In this document: in pieces, positions 1-12,920 of the stretch | How the letters are laid out: the number at the start of each line of letters is the position of its first letter | Numbering within the stretch: the first letter of the stretch is position 1 | Assembly (NCBI RefSeq): GCF_009914755.1 | Contig: NC_060937.1 | DNA: 64,000 nucleotides | Strand: one strand, 5' to 3' | From: the human T2T-CHM13v2.0 reference genome, Homo sapiens | Program-made: the position numbers and the translations under genes | The notes under the pieces: generated by a model | Told to the model about the DNA's origin: nothing | The model's database searches: none | What the model saw: the letters and a program-made list of their open reading frames with translations, nothing else

Positions 1-190
1 CTGTTGTGGGGTGGGGGGCTAGGGGAAGGATAGCATTAGGAGAAATACCTAATGCTAGGTATTTCTAATGTAGGTGATGGGTTGATGGGTGCAGCAAACC
101 ACCATGGCACGTGTATACCTATATAACAAACCTGCATATGTTCTGCACATGTATCCCAGAACTTAAGGTATAATTAAAAAAAAAAAAAAT
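1..190 (+). mobile_element. L1PA 3' end with poly(A) tail
   Basis: Typical L1PA 3'UTR (G-rich tract, GATAGCATTAGGAGAAATACCTAATG, GGGTGCAGCAAACCACCATGGCACG) followed by an A-tail. Confidence 0.93.
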
Positions 191-3100
191 TAACCTTTTC
201 TAGTTTGTCACCACATTCGTGGACAGCTAGTCCTGGGGCACTGGGGTGCATATGATTAGTGGCATGGCTGAAGCTAATGCATTCACAAATCCTGATCCGC
301 AGGTGCATGGGTGTCCCTTGTTAATGCGCCTAGTCTGACCCAGGGCAGTGCTGCACAGCTCATTGGCTTTACAGTCAGACAAACCTCCAATCCTGTGTCT
401 GGCTCTCACCAGCTTGTGTCCTAATGAATCAATAATTCTACCCACCTGACGCTCACTTTCCTGTAATTTACTGCAGTGAGTTCCTAGGCATATGGCATGT
501 AAATGGTCAGTAGATCACCTTAGAAGGATTTCAGACTCTGGGTCTCAGTCCATCTGTGAAAATTAGGATGGTAGGAACCTCTCTGAGATACACCTTTAAA
601 ATTAGTTATGTGTGTCACATTCACAGCTCCTAGTTTTGAAGACCAGCAACAGAACAATACTTTCAAGTCTTCATATAACCTTTATTAATTTAGGACAGGC
701 TTCATATTTTCAACAAGAGAATTCAAAGTTCATTTTCCTTTTTTCCCTCAGCAACTAAAGTTCTGAGTTTCATAATCTGTTTCTTATTGATACATAATAT
801 TTTACATATTTACAGGGTACATTTGAGTTACAATCTATTTTAAATGATACATTATGTAAAGTCACTGTGTTCTTAAATAAATACACATAGTGAATGATCC
901 TGCATGTATCCCCACAAGTACAGCTTGAACAAGTCCATCTTCCAGGGGCCAAGCACCACCTCAGGCATCTGTAGCATGAGCAAAACCCAAGGTCCCCTCT
1001 GGAGACCCTGTTTACCCTGCAGGCAGGACAACAGGAGCTGGAAGGAGCAGGCTGATCCAATCCCTTTCTTGTGGTTTTCTTGGTTGGGGAGAGAGAGTTG
1101 AGTTTTGCCAAAATACATGTGTTCTGTAGAAGAAACAGGAAATGGAGATACACAAAGAGATATGACAATACAAATCACCAGTTGGGCCACCCAGATCCTG
1201 GTTTCCATATACCGTTCCATGCATTGTTCCTGAGCATGTAAGCATGCCCACACTTGAAGGAGGCACTCTCAAGTCCATCGGGGCCTGGGACACCCCACTG
1301 TTTTTGAAGTCCTGGAATGTTTTTGTAAAGGTAAGGAAATACCAAAACGAGACTACAAAAATGATGGTATCTACTGATATGTATTGACAAATGTGTAATA
1401 AAGATGTGTACGTGTGGGTGTACCTCATCTAGGGGTGACACCTTCAAGTTTAATTTTGAAGCTTGGGCCAGTGGTGCTTCCTTTCCCACGACCACCATGA
1501 TAGATCCTCTATGAGATGTTATCACAGAACCCATGTTTCTCAGTGGCAGTAGAATACGACATCTCTGTCAACAAATATAATTCTACATTACTTTAATTGC
1601 TTGCATGGAAATCCGTTGTATGTAAGTGCCATGGTACATTTAATAGATCTTGTCCTGGGACATCTACTTCTGGTTTCTTTGATAGACTAGCACTCTTGTG
1701 AATATCATTGTACTTGCTTCTTTGCATGTTTTCTTCCTTCCTTAGGATGAATTCTGAGAGATGTAATTGATGGGGCAAAATGTACTCACACATTTTTAAG
1801 GGTTGTAAACTTTTCGGTCAAAAGCTGGTACTCTTGGTTGTTTGAAAAGGAAAGCAAGTCCTCCCATTCCAGGGTTGGATTTTGACTCTTTTCCTGTAAA
1901 CTTCACTGCTTTTTGGTTTAATTGTCATAAAATGCCAAGCACCACCAACAGGGCTATGGGAAGGGGCCCAGAGGCAGGAGGGCTGTGGTTAGGCATGGCT
2001 TTGGCCAGATGGGGAAGCTGGGTGCTTGGGATCAGGGTAAGCGGGTGGGGATGCTGTGAGTATAGACGCTGGGCAGGGAAGCCCTGCAGGGCAGAGGGAG
2101 CGGCAGGGCTGCAGTGCATTTGGCCGTCCAGCTGGAGCAGAGGATGGAAACCGAAGAGTGGGTTGACTCTTGGATGCCAGGCTTGAGTCAGGTGAATCCT
2201 GCCCTCATTTTACTGTATAAAGGGAGCTACTCCAGGCCTCCAGGAGTCTTAGACCCTCCCAGTCCCTGTGGGGGTCCCACAGGTGGTTAATTGTGCCTCA
2301 GGCCCTCTGCTCTCCCTCCCTCTGTAAGTCTCACTCTCCTTTGCAGTGAGCTCTAGCGAAACTTCTATTCCAGTAGGACCAAATGTTTGAGGCCTCCAGA
2401 AAAGAAATCCGGTGAACACGGAGGGTTTGTCACACTAACTTGAGTCCCTTTCTCAGGTGGCCCACCCTTGTAGGCCAGCCTCCCAATTCCTAGCCAGCTC
2501 CAGGCTCCGGGCTTTTGCTCATTCAAAACCAAAATTGAAGGCATCTGCCCTGCTCAGGCCCCCATCTCTGTTCAGAGTAAACTCCTCCCTCCCTCTGCTT
2601 TTGCCCTAAGTTCTCTTTTCAACTCACCTAACATCTAACTTGGCCCTGCAGCTCTGATCCCCAAAACCCTCTCTACCTGTTCCCTCCCAAGCTATCCCTG
2701 ACCAGCATGCCAGGAACAAGGAAGTCTTGGAAGCTGCACTCCTTGCTGCTCTCCCCTGTCCTTTATCCTTCCACTTGGAATCTCTGTCCTTCTACCCATC
2801 TCTAGCTACTGAAATCGTGTTCATGTTTCCAGGCACATCTCATACTCTGTCGTCTTTAAGAAGTCTTCCCAGAAACCCCATCGTTTATATTCGTGATATA
2901 TACCATATTCCACTGTGTAATGTAGATTGCACCAGAGAGTATTTAATCTCCTGAAGGCAAGGACTATAACCTATTCATCTTCCTTTCCTGGGTGGGGAGA
3001 ACCACCATGCCTTGTACCAAGTAGCGATGACATGGGTCCTGGCTCCATGAATGAACGGGCATTGAGAGAAAAGGAGCTGATGATGAGTGAATGGAGGAGC

Positions 3101-3408
3101 CTAGTGAGGCAACGTTTACTCCTCAGTGAAGCAGTGTTGGTGACTCCAACAGCTCTCTTTAGGAAGGATTTAAGACAACATCCTGTTCGGAAGGGGCTTG
3201 AAGCACTTTATAAAAGAGAGGCAAGGGCACACGTCAAACTAGAAGAATGAAAGTAAGAAGAGAGAAGGCTGCAGAGAGGAGCAAGCCCCATCCGTCCCCC
3301 TGATGGTCCTGCCAGTGCATGGGTTACCTCTCATTGCATTTAGTGCGGTCTGTTGTTTTTGTATTGTGAAATATTATCCTTGATTACATTATGTTGCTCT
3401 GTTTTTGA

Positions 3409-3540
<132 letters not shown>

Positions 3541-3754
3541 TAAGTTTAACAGTGAAGCGGGGACCCTAAGTCTGGCTCATCTGTCCCTGGAATTGTCTTT
3601 CTCATGAGTCCTGCTACAGGGTATGAGAATGACAGGAATTCGGAAGAAATGGGTCTCCTGCCACCTGCCAGAAATGAAAAAAAAATTTTTTTAGTTTAAC
3701 TTGTGCTTCATCTTGATATGAAAATATAGACAACCATAACAATAGAAAAATCAG

Positions 3755-3931
3755 CTGGGCATGGCAGCGCATAGCTCTAGTCTCAGCTACTTAGGAGGCC
3801 AAGGTGGGAAGATCACTCGAGCCCAGGTGTTTGAGGCTGTAGTGAGCTATGGTCGTGCCACTATACTCCAGCCTGGGCCAACAGAGCAAGACCCTGTCTT
3901 TAAATAAAAAGAAACAAAAAGAAAAGAAAAA
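3755..3931 (+). mobile_element. Alu right-arm monomer (FRAM/AluJ-like)
   Basis: Single diverged Alu arm ending in an A-rich tail. Confidence 0.85.
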
Positions 3932-4989
3932 ATACAGACACAAAGGAGCCCTGAGAGAAACTATGAAGATCAATAGGAATGTTGCCTTATATAAAGGCAG
4001 AGTTTCTGAGTACACACCCATTCCATCAAATTGAGAAAGTATAACTCAAAACTCATCTCTCTTTATATCATAAACTCAGTGCTAAGTGGTCACGGATATG
4101 GCCTGGCTTCACTTCCCATGCTTAGAGGGAAGCTATGTATAGGTAAGTCATTTAAAATTACAAGAATGAAGTACTCTTCATTTTTCCAAACAACTCATAG
4201 TAGGAATACTTTCAGTAAAATTCTTCTAGAGGATTAGTTCACAGGTCTGTGAGAAAACCAGTCATGAAGATGGCATTATCATGTAGGTTAAATAGGAAAT
4301 CATTCATATTAAATTTTGCTTTTATGTTTTAACATATATTGTTTTCAAGATACCTTGTTACAATATAAAAGAAGCGACTAAGTTCCAAGGTCATGTAAAT
4401 TTTAATTTTATCCATGAGCAAAAGGAGGGCTGCTCCAAGTAAAATAGGACTGATTTTTGTTTTGGGTCGACCCAATTTCTCCTACAAATAGGTGCCAACT
4501 TCTCTGAAAATTGAGACTCCGAGCTCGGCTTTACTTTGGGCAAAACACAATTATTTTGGGGCTCTGAGATAGAGAAGTGAGACTTTAATCCAAACCTTCC
4601 AGGGAAAGACATCAGATTTCATTTTTAGCCCTCCGTTCCTCCCACACTCAGAATTTTTCTTGCCTGACAGTTATGGAAGTCTTTTGAAAAAGTCCTCATT
4701 TTGGCATTATCTTGACAACCGATGATACCTCATGCAAATCTAGATAGAGGGGGAAAGAATATTATAACATGGATTTTCTTTTTTTTTCCTGTTCACTAAG
4801 TTTTTTAACTGTTAAAAAATTAAATAATTCTCATTTCTTAAATTCTTTGATTTACCATTACTTCCATTTTATTTGGTAAAACCATATTCTGCAAATAACA
4901 GAATCAGAATCCTCAGAAATGAAAAGATTACAGCCAGAAAAAAATATTTTCTTAATCTAATAGATGTACCATAAGAACATAGTAGTTTT

Positions 4990-5376
<387 letters not shown>

Positions 5377-6733
5377 CTAGTCCCTTGCTGAATTTGTTCA
5401 AAATCTTTGTTTTGCAAAGATAAGTCAGTTTTAGATAAATAGGCCACATCAGCTGGCCTTTTCTATTTATAGTGATTGAAAACTAGTAACATGATTATAA
5501 ATTAGTTTATTTTAATTCAGCTATCTCAAATTAGTGTCATTAAAACAATTCTATTGAGACTGTATATTTGCAGAAGACTTTAGCAATAGTCTCTTCCATC
5601 TGAAAGAGAATGTTTATAGATTACAAAGTGTCTGTGCTTCTTTGTCCATTTTCTGGCTCTTTTCCAGTGCGTTCTGAGTAATCATTCCCTGTCATCACAA
5701 AGCAAATTATCTATTCCCTCAAACAGGACTTGTTTTTGGTTTCCCCTGGCACTATAAAATTAGCACCATTTACATTTTAACAAGGATAAATCAAATGACA
5801 CTACTCCCAGCTTCACCACATGGAAAGAGTAAAAGTCACTTCCTTTCCAAGGAGCTTGCCAACTGGGTCAGAGCATAAACCCGGGCTCTGCAGTGGAGGT
5901 GCCCGCAGGGCAAGCAAGGAAGGCTAAGGGTCGTCACTCTGCAGCAGGAGCACTCGGCCACCCAGCACCTGGCACCACGGGCCCAGAACTCAGCTTTTCC
6001 GGGGAGCCAACAGCATCTCAGCTCTGGGCTGAGCCAGAAAGGCCCCTGCTGAATTCCAGAGGTGCTTTCTAAAATGGATTTTTGTCTTGTTTTATTTAGG
6101 GGAGCAGGGAAAATAGCATATATTGGCTGTGAGCTGGAATATTTGTCCGAAGCACATATATGCTCAATTTGTAATATCTATTTAATATCTAAACCACCCT
6201 CACCCCTCTCCTCAAAAACAAGACATTTTTCAGTTTATTGGTGCATTTTCCCTTTGATCGTGAGGCCCATATTATGTCTCATATTATGCTCCAAACCCGA
6301 AGTATTTGTTTTTGAGGCAAGTAAGTTCGGAGGCTTCTCACAAAAAGAGAATGCCTATTGTGAATCAGTTACCTCTGAGAAGCTACAGTGCTTCACTGAG
6401 ATTTCTCTTTCTGAACTGCAGCTTTAGAAAACGCTGTTGGCTTCTTCTTCCCATGCACTGAACAAAAATATTAATCCTGCTTGTCCCGAACCACCCATCC
6501 TTGGATTTGAGTTGTCAAGTATCTACTGAGGCACGATATCTGTGATGCACCTTGGGGTTCCCAGAAGGGGTGTGTATTTGAGAGTGGGCACAGGGGCAGC
6601 TGAAGACCCTACCCTGTGATGGCAGCATGTGGTGATGCCGGGAGAGCTTCCACAGGGGTGCTGCGGGCCTCTCATCTTGCCTTGGGCCCATCTTAAGGAT
6701 GTTTTATTTTGTTCTGAACTTTGGTGGTTATCA

Positions 6734-7084
<351 letters not shown>

Positions 7085-10000
7085 TCAAGTATATTTCTGT
7101 GAGCACTGAAGAAAGTGAGTTGCTCCATCTTTCTACATTTTCCCCATTTCTTTGCCCAGTTTCTCGCTTCCATTTCAGGACCTGAGCTGTTAAGAGTAAG
7201 AAAAGAGAACCAGAATGAGGTAATTCAATCACTTTTTCCATGAAGTCTGTCAGCTTTCTGGATGAAGATCCATTATTAGACTATCTTAAGTCAGATTTGG
7301 CACGCCATAAAATGCCTACGCTATTATCCTGCTAACCAAAATTTTCATATGGGACAAAACTAAGCTACCTTTTATTAAAATAATTGATTGATTATATGTG
7401 ATACCTGGCTAATGAGTAATTTTGTTAGATGCATGAAGTTTAAATTGCCCAGAACTATTTTAATATCCCTGCGCTTATATTCATCCAAAATGTTTACTGA
7501 TGACAGCATGCTTAGGTAAGCTGCCACATACCCACTTTCATCTAGGTGAAATTTGTTAGTATTGCTTTATAAAAATAATACAAGCTCAAGGCCACTGAAC
7601 ACAGAGGAACCCATTTGCTTTTATCTAGCTGTATCTCCTGTATTTTACTGTACATCAACAATACAGTCCCCGATTCCAGAATGACTTCATTTCCTTATTA
7701 TAATCCCAGATAGGCAGTTAAATGGAAAGAAGAGGTAATGAGCAATTTCTATACACAAATGGGCCTTGATTTCTTTTAACTTTCTAACTAAACTAATTTC
7801 TTTTGCAGCACGTTACATTTACACTTCCATCCAGGTTTAGAATTATATGTTTCCTTTTGACTTGCTGTTCTTGCATACAAAAGAAGAGTCCAGGGAAAGA
7901 GTTTCAGAAAAAAAAAAAAAAAAAAAGGATGGAAAGTTCAAGATCCTTAAACAGTCTATTTCTTTTAAAAGTCTCTGAGAACCTGGAGACACCCTTAGGT
8001 ATATCTGAAGACCCACAGACAACTTTCACACTCTTGAGTCAGTAGCCAGCACCCCAACTCTGTCCCTTCTGTGGTCATCCAGCCTCTCGATGTGGGGTTA
8101 GATGAAGCAAGCCCTGGACCACTGGGCAATAAGCCATTTACAGATAAGGGACTTACTCTGTCAAAGCTATGACTCAGAACACGCCAAACGCCAGCTCCTG
8201 GTAAGACCTAAGTGACATGCCAGTGGCTAATGCTTAACAACTGACTTTATAACCTATAAATATTAATTTTAGACCACTCACATGTAGCCTTTAGACAGGG
8301 GAGATTTTAGAATCAGTTTTTCTAATTCAGGCGTTATTAGATAAAGGTGCTTGGGAACAGGGTTTTAAATTGCCAGCCTCCCTTTACTCAGGTGCTGTTA
8401 AATGCATGCAGAAAGAGAAGTTGAATCATCCCCAGCATTGCAATTCAGTGTTTTCCAATAGCAACAAAGTTCCCAGGCTAGCTCACAGGGGCTAAACTAG
8501 TGGAAATAGTATCAAATTGCTGAGTAACTCTTGAATATGGGCGCAGTTTCATCCCCTGAGAGCACGCACAATGCCTGGGAGCACTGACATGCTCAGACCA
8601 TTGCCCTCTGAGGCCATGTTGTGATTGAGTAAAAACCAGCAGCTTCCACAGTGGGTTGGATTCTGACCTAAGCTGTAGGTTCCCAGTGGCCAACCTTCCT
8701 ATTCCAGCCTCCCACTTAGGAACCCCCTTTCCTCCCAGCCTGGGAAATAACAATGGGGTCTGTTCTACCCCTGTGCAGGGGAAAGGGGAGAGGGAGAGAG
8801 AGGGAGGGTGATGGTGGAGAGAGGGATCCTGGAAGAACCAGCGATGCTGCTCATCCTTCAGGAGCAGCCAGGCTGTTCTAGGACCCATGCAAGCCCATGG
8901 CTCAGGGCAGGCGGGGCAGGCACTCGGTGGCTTTGTTGTCAGTCTAACCCCAGAAGCCCAGGAGATAAAAGACCACTTTTGGGGCCCCACATGTTACATA
9001 ATAATGAACGGGGTACATTTTAACATCGTTTTTGACTCTCCTTTCCAGCAAACTGTTAGATATTTGCTCATTTCTTGTTTAAATTAAAATTCCACAGGCT
9101 CTGCTTTGAACTGCAGTATTTTATCAATCCTGAGTCTCAGGACACTGTTTGATGGAATTAAGTAAGGTATTATGTGTTAAAGCCTGTGTGGCTTTCCCTT
9201 GTTTACTTTGGGGGAAAGGATGACAGGGGCATATACAGTGTCTCAGTGCTAATACTCCATTATAGATTAACTCGGAGTGTCGGGAGATGGCTCACATTAT
9301 CTTAACAGGCTTTCTTTCCTTGAAGGTGGAGGGTGGGTGAGGTGGTACAGGATTCTGCAGGAAGAGCCCACATCTTCAGAATGTTCCCATGACACCGTTT
9401 TCATTTCTGGGCAAAGGTGCTCAGTTTTTGTTCTCATTCTGTCTTTGGGTCCTGGTACATAGCAGGATCCTCACATGTATTTATATTTAAATTAAACCGA
9501 TGCAAAGCTTTTCAGTCTGGTGTGTTACTAATTTATGAGCCTTTTCCCTTTGCAGTTTTTTTCTCTTATATAACCTATATCTGGTTAAATGTCTTTTCAC
9601 CTAGACTGTTTCCAACTAGTAGCTAGATTGTTTCCAACTGGTAGCTCACTTTTAGCTTAGTTTAGTTTTCATTTTATAAAGACTCTGAGATTGGCCAATT
9701 ATTTGAGCATTGTGAGGTATTCATCTTAGTGTCCTCAGTAAAAGGGTAGAGGGAACTCTTCCTACCATTCAAGAAGAGTGAGCTGTCCAGGCTGCGGGTT
9801 ATTTCATAAGTTGTATTAATGTCACTGAGGCCTGCGTGTGTGGACTCCAATGGTGAGTTGTTGCCAGAGGAAGATGGGAAACCTGCACTCTGGATTTGTG
9901 TTGACTCCACGTTTCAAGCCTCTGGTTTTGCATCCAGACCATGCACTCTAGCATCCTAAGCCCCGTGGCTGCTGTGGCAGTGGCTCTTTTCACGCTAAAG

Positions 10001-10455
10001 AGGGAGGGAGGAAACTTGCTAACCCCTGGGCTCTCTGACTGCAGTTGGGGTCCTTGGACCAGGGAACCAGTGCCTGTTCACTAAGGTGAGGGTTTAAAGT
10101 GTCTTCTTGGTTTTCAGTTCCTGACAAGAAATGCTGTAGAGGTAGACCCTGGGTCTTCGTGAACCCCACCCAGTCTTTGAGTGACTGGGCTGCTCGGCCG
10201 ACTTCCGGTTCTTTGCGGGGTGGGGGTGACTCTTGACATGCATGATCCGGGTCTGGTCTGCAGCACTCAGGATACTTCCGGGCTGTGGAGATGGAACCTG
10301 GGTCATGCATGGAGACTGTGAAAGCTCCACCACTTCCCGAGCCTCGGCCTCCACCAAAGGGCATTTGGCTGTGGCCTGAGAGGGGAGCGGCCTGTCTTTC
10401 CCAGCTGTGTCAAGTCTCTATGCCATGTTCGTTTTGTCTTTTCCTCATAACACAG

Positions 10456-10560
10456 AGCCAAGCACACCTGCAAAAAGACATTGCTGGAGGAGGTGCAGGA
10501 GCTGGAAACCAAGTCTCGAGTCCTGGGAAAAGCGGTGCTGCGGGATAGCAATGGAAAGAG
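10456..10560 (+). CDS. ATP8A2: ATP8A2 coding exon (3rd from last); [35 protein letters not shown]
   Basis: Pyrimidine tract plus cacag|A acceptor; donor GAG|gtgggg. 105 nt, phase 2-2, in frame with its neighbours. Confidence 0.95.
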
Positions 10561-12399
10561 GTGGGGAACTCCGTCCCAGTCCGCACAGAACACAGGTGCT
10601 CCCGGCCCTTTTCCCTTATTCCTTCCTGTATTTCTTTTTCTCATCTTGGTTTTCGATGGGAGCACAGTATGCTCAGGCTTAAGAATTTTGGTTATTCTCA
10701 GATTTAAATCACACTCTCAGTGACTACATGAAACCTAAATCTCTGGAAGTCTCCAGGTAAGACTGGGGGTTTTATTGGGTTTAGAAGTGAGCAAAACAAC
10801 TCATGTGCAGAAAATCGATGTTGTGGCAGTATTATCTTAAGGTGGAAGAGTCCAGAGTTAGCAGTATTACCACAGAGGAGTTAAAGCTAGGCCTTTGAAT
10901 TTCAAACCCAAGTACTGTACCCAAGGATGAGTATCTACAGTGTGAAGGTTTGCATGTGAAATAATGCATGTTGTTATTCATGTAAACCTGTTACATTCCA
11001 CTTCAGCATATCTAAATGGGGGAGTAGTTTTTAATGCTAACATTTTCTGCTGGGAGTGAAAGGAATCGTGTGAACTCCTGGAACAGACACTGCCGCTTGC
11101 TCTCCTAATTCCTCCTGAACATGAGCCTGCCCTTCCCCACAAGGAACAGCTGGGTCTGTGTGCAGTTTTTGTTTCATCACACAAGATGTTAAAATGTTGT
11201 TAGAGTGCACTCTGTTAAAATCTATGTACCATCAAGGGAAATTTCTTTGGGCCTGAGAACAATTTGCAGGGTACTAGAAAGCCATTGCTCTATTAAGGAC
11301 ATGGAATATCTATAATATTCTGAGTACAGCTCTCCTATAAATGCTTAGAAGGAAATCAGTAACCAACTGCTAATGAAACAAACATCAAGAAATCAAATAC
11401 TTATAGAGGTCCCCACTTTGTGTTTTGCTTTATATTGTGTTTATTTGTACCATCTTTTAAAGCAATGAAGACAAAATAATTTTTTTGTTAAAGAAAGAGA
11501 ATGCAAACATTTTGAGAGGCTTTCAAAATACAATTTCAAACAGATTTTAGAAAAGGGATGATGGCATAGAGTTGAAGTTGTGGTTTTGTATTTATTTATG
11601 AGTTATTTTTTAGTAAGTTTATTAAGCATTCATTTTATAGCAGCTATGCTAGCCACTGTAAAAAATCATCAGTCAACAAGACAAAAAGCACTGTCTTCCA
11701 TAAGCTTAAGTTTGTGAATACATGGGGATGGGGGCTGATTTTACCGCAGATGTACATATAACCACTACGCGTGGTTGAGGCTTGTTCAGGGCTGTTCTAT
11801 CCATCAGACAGCTGAGGCATAAGGCTCAGGACCTGTTAGAGTTTCAGGGACCTACCGTGCTCTTTGAGACCTGAAAAAAAACATATTCATAAGCTCCAAA
11901 AATTAGGGAGCAGGAAACATTGCATAATGAAATTAATAAATGTTTAAAACCCTATAAAATGCATATCACTCTTAACCGTTAAGTTTAGTAAGGACAATAA
12001 GTTTATTATACTTAGAAACAACTTACAGGCTCCCTTATATATCAAGTATACACAATGATTGCTGAGGGGGCATAAGTAATTTCTAAGTAAAATGAGAATT
12101 TCAGAGCAAAATTCTCAAACTCCTCTCAAACATTTTACAGGACGACATCACATATAATGTGGTGTGAGAATGTGCTTTAGAGTGTTTGTTCTGATGTGGG
12201 GAGGGGTCATCTGGCTTGAGCAATCAAGAAAGGCTTCATGTTGGAGATGGATGAACAACAGGCTTTTGAGGATGGGAGGGTCTTGAATGGACAGAACTGC
12301 TGAGAGTCTGATTTGGGCAGAGGGAGTGGCACATGCCAAGGCTCAGGTCCAACACTGTGTGCAGGGACCAACCACCCAGTTTGGAGGGCCACATGCATT

Positions 12400-12600
12400 T
12401 TGCAGAGATACAGAACCTGCGTTTGAATTCTGGCTTTGCTACCTACCGGTGAGGCCTTGTGCAGGATATTTCATATGATCAGATTGTCTCTTCATCTGTC
12501 ATAGAAGAAGGCTAATATTTTCTTTGGGGGATTAAGGTTCGTGAAATATGTACAACGCAGCATATTGCCTGACCCATCTCAGGTGTGTAAAAGGTCAGCT
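12400..12600 (+). mobile_element. MIR fragment
   Basis: Degenerate MIR core (cctgcgtttgaattctggctttgctac...cttcatctgt). Confidence 0.55.
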
Positions 12601-12882
12601 GCTCATCTTCACTTTGGCAGGAGAGTCATGAGCTGTCGGCCTTGAATTGTATTGAAGGAAGTCGTGGGCTGTCAGCCTTGAAAGAGTGTGTGAGCCCATT
12701 TTTGCTTGTTGTTGATAAATGAATGTTATTTTTAAAATTCACTTATCCTGTTCAAAATTCATTTTTAAATGTTCAAATGGATATCAGAAAATAAGAGCTT
12801 AAATGCGGTTTCCTACCGTCTACATTTGAAAGTCTTATTTTCTGGTTCCTTGTAAATTTCACTTTGTAGTTCATATGATGGG

Positions 12883-12920
12883 GTGTGTGTGTGTGTTTCT
12901 GTGCACGTGTGCGCGCACAC
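12883..12920 (+). repeat. (GT)7 microsatellite with adjacent RY tract
   Basis: Seen directly. Confidence 0.85.

Noticed and set aside
770-1534. Cluster of 120-138 aa minus-strand ORFs
   Set aside because: No recognisable homology; lies in apparently decayed repeat sequence.
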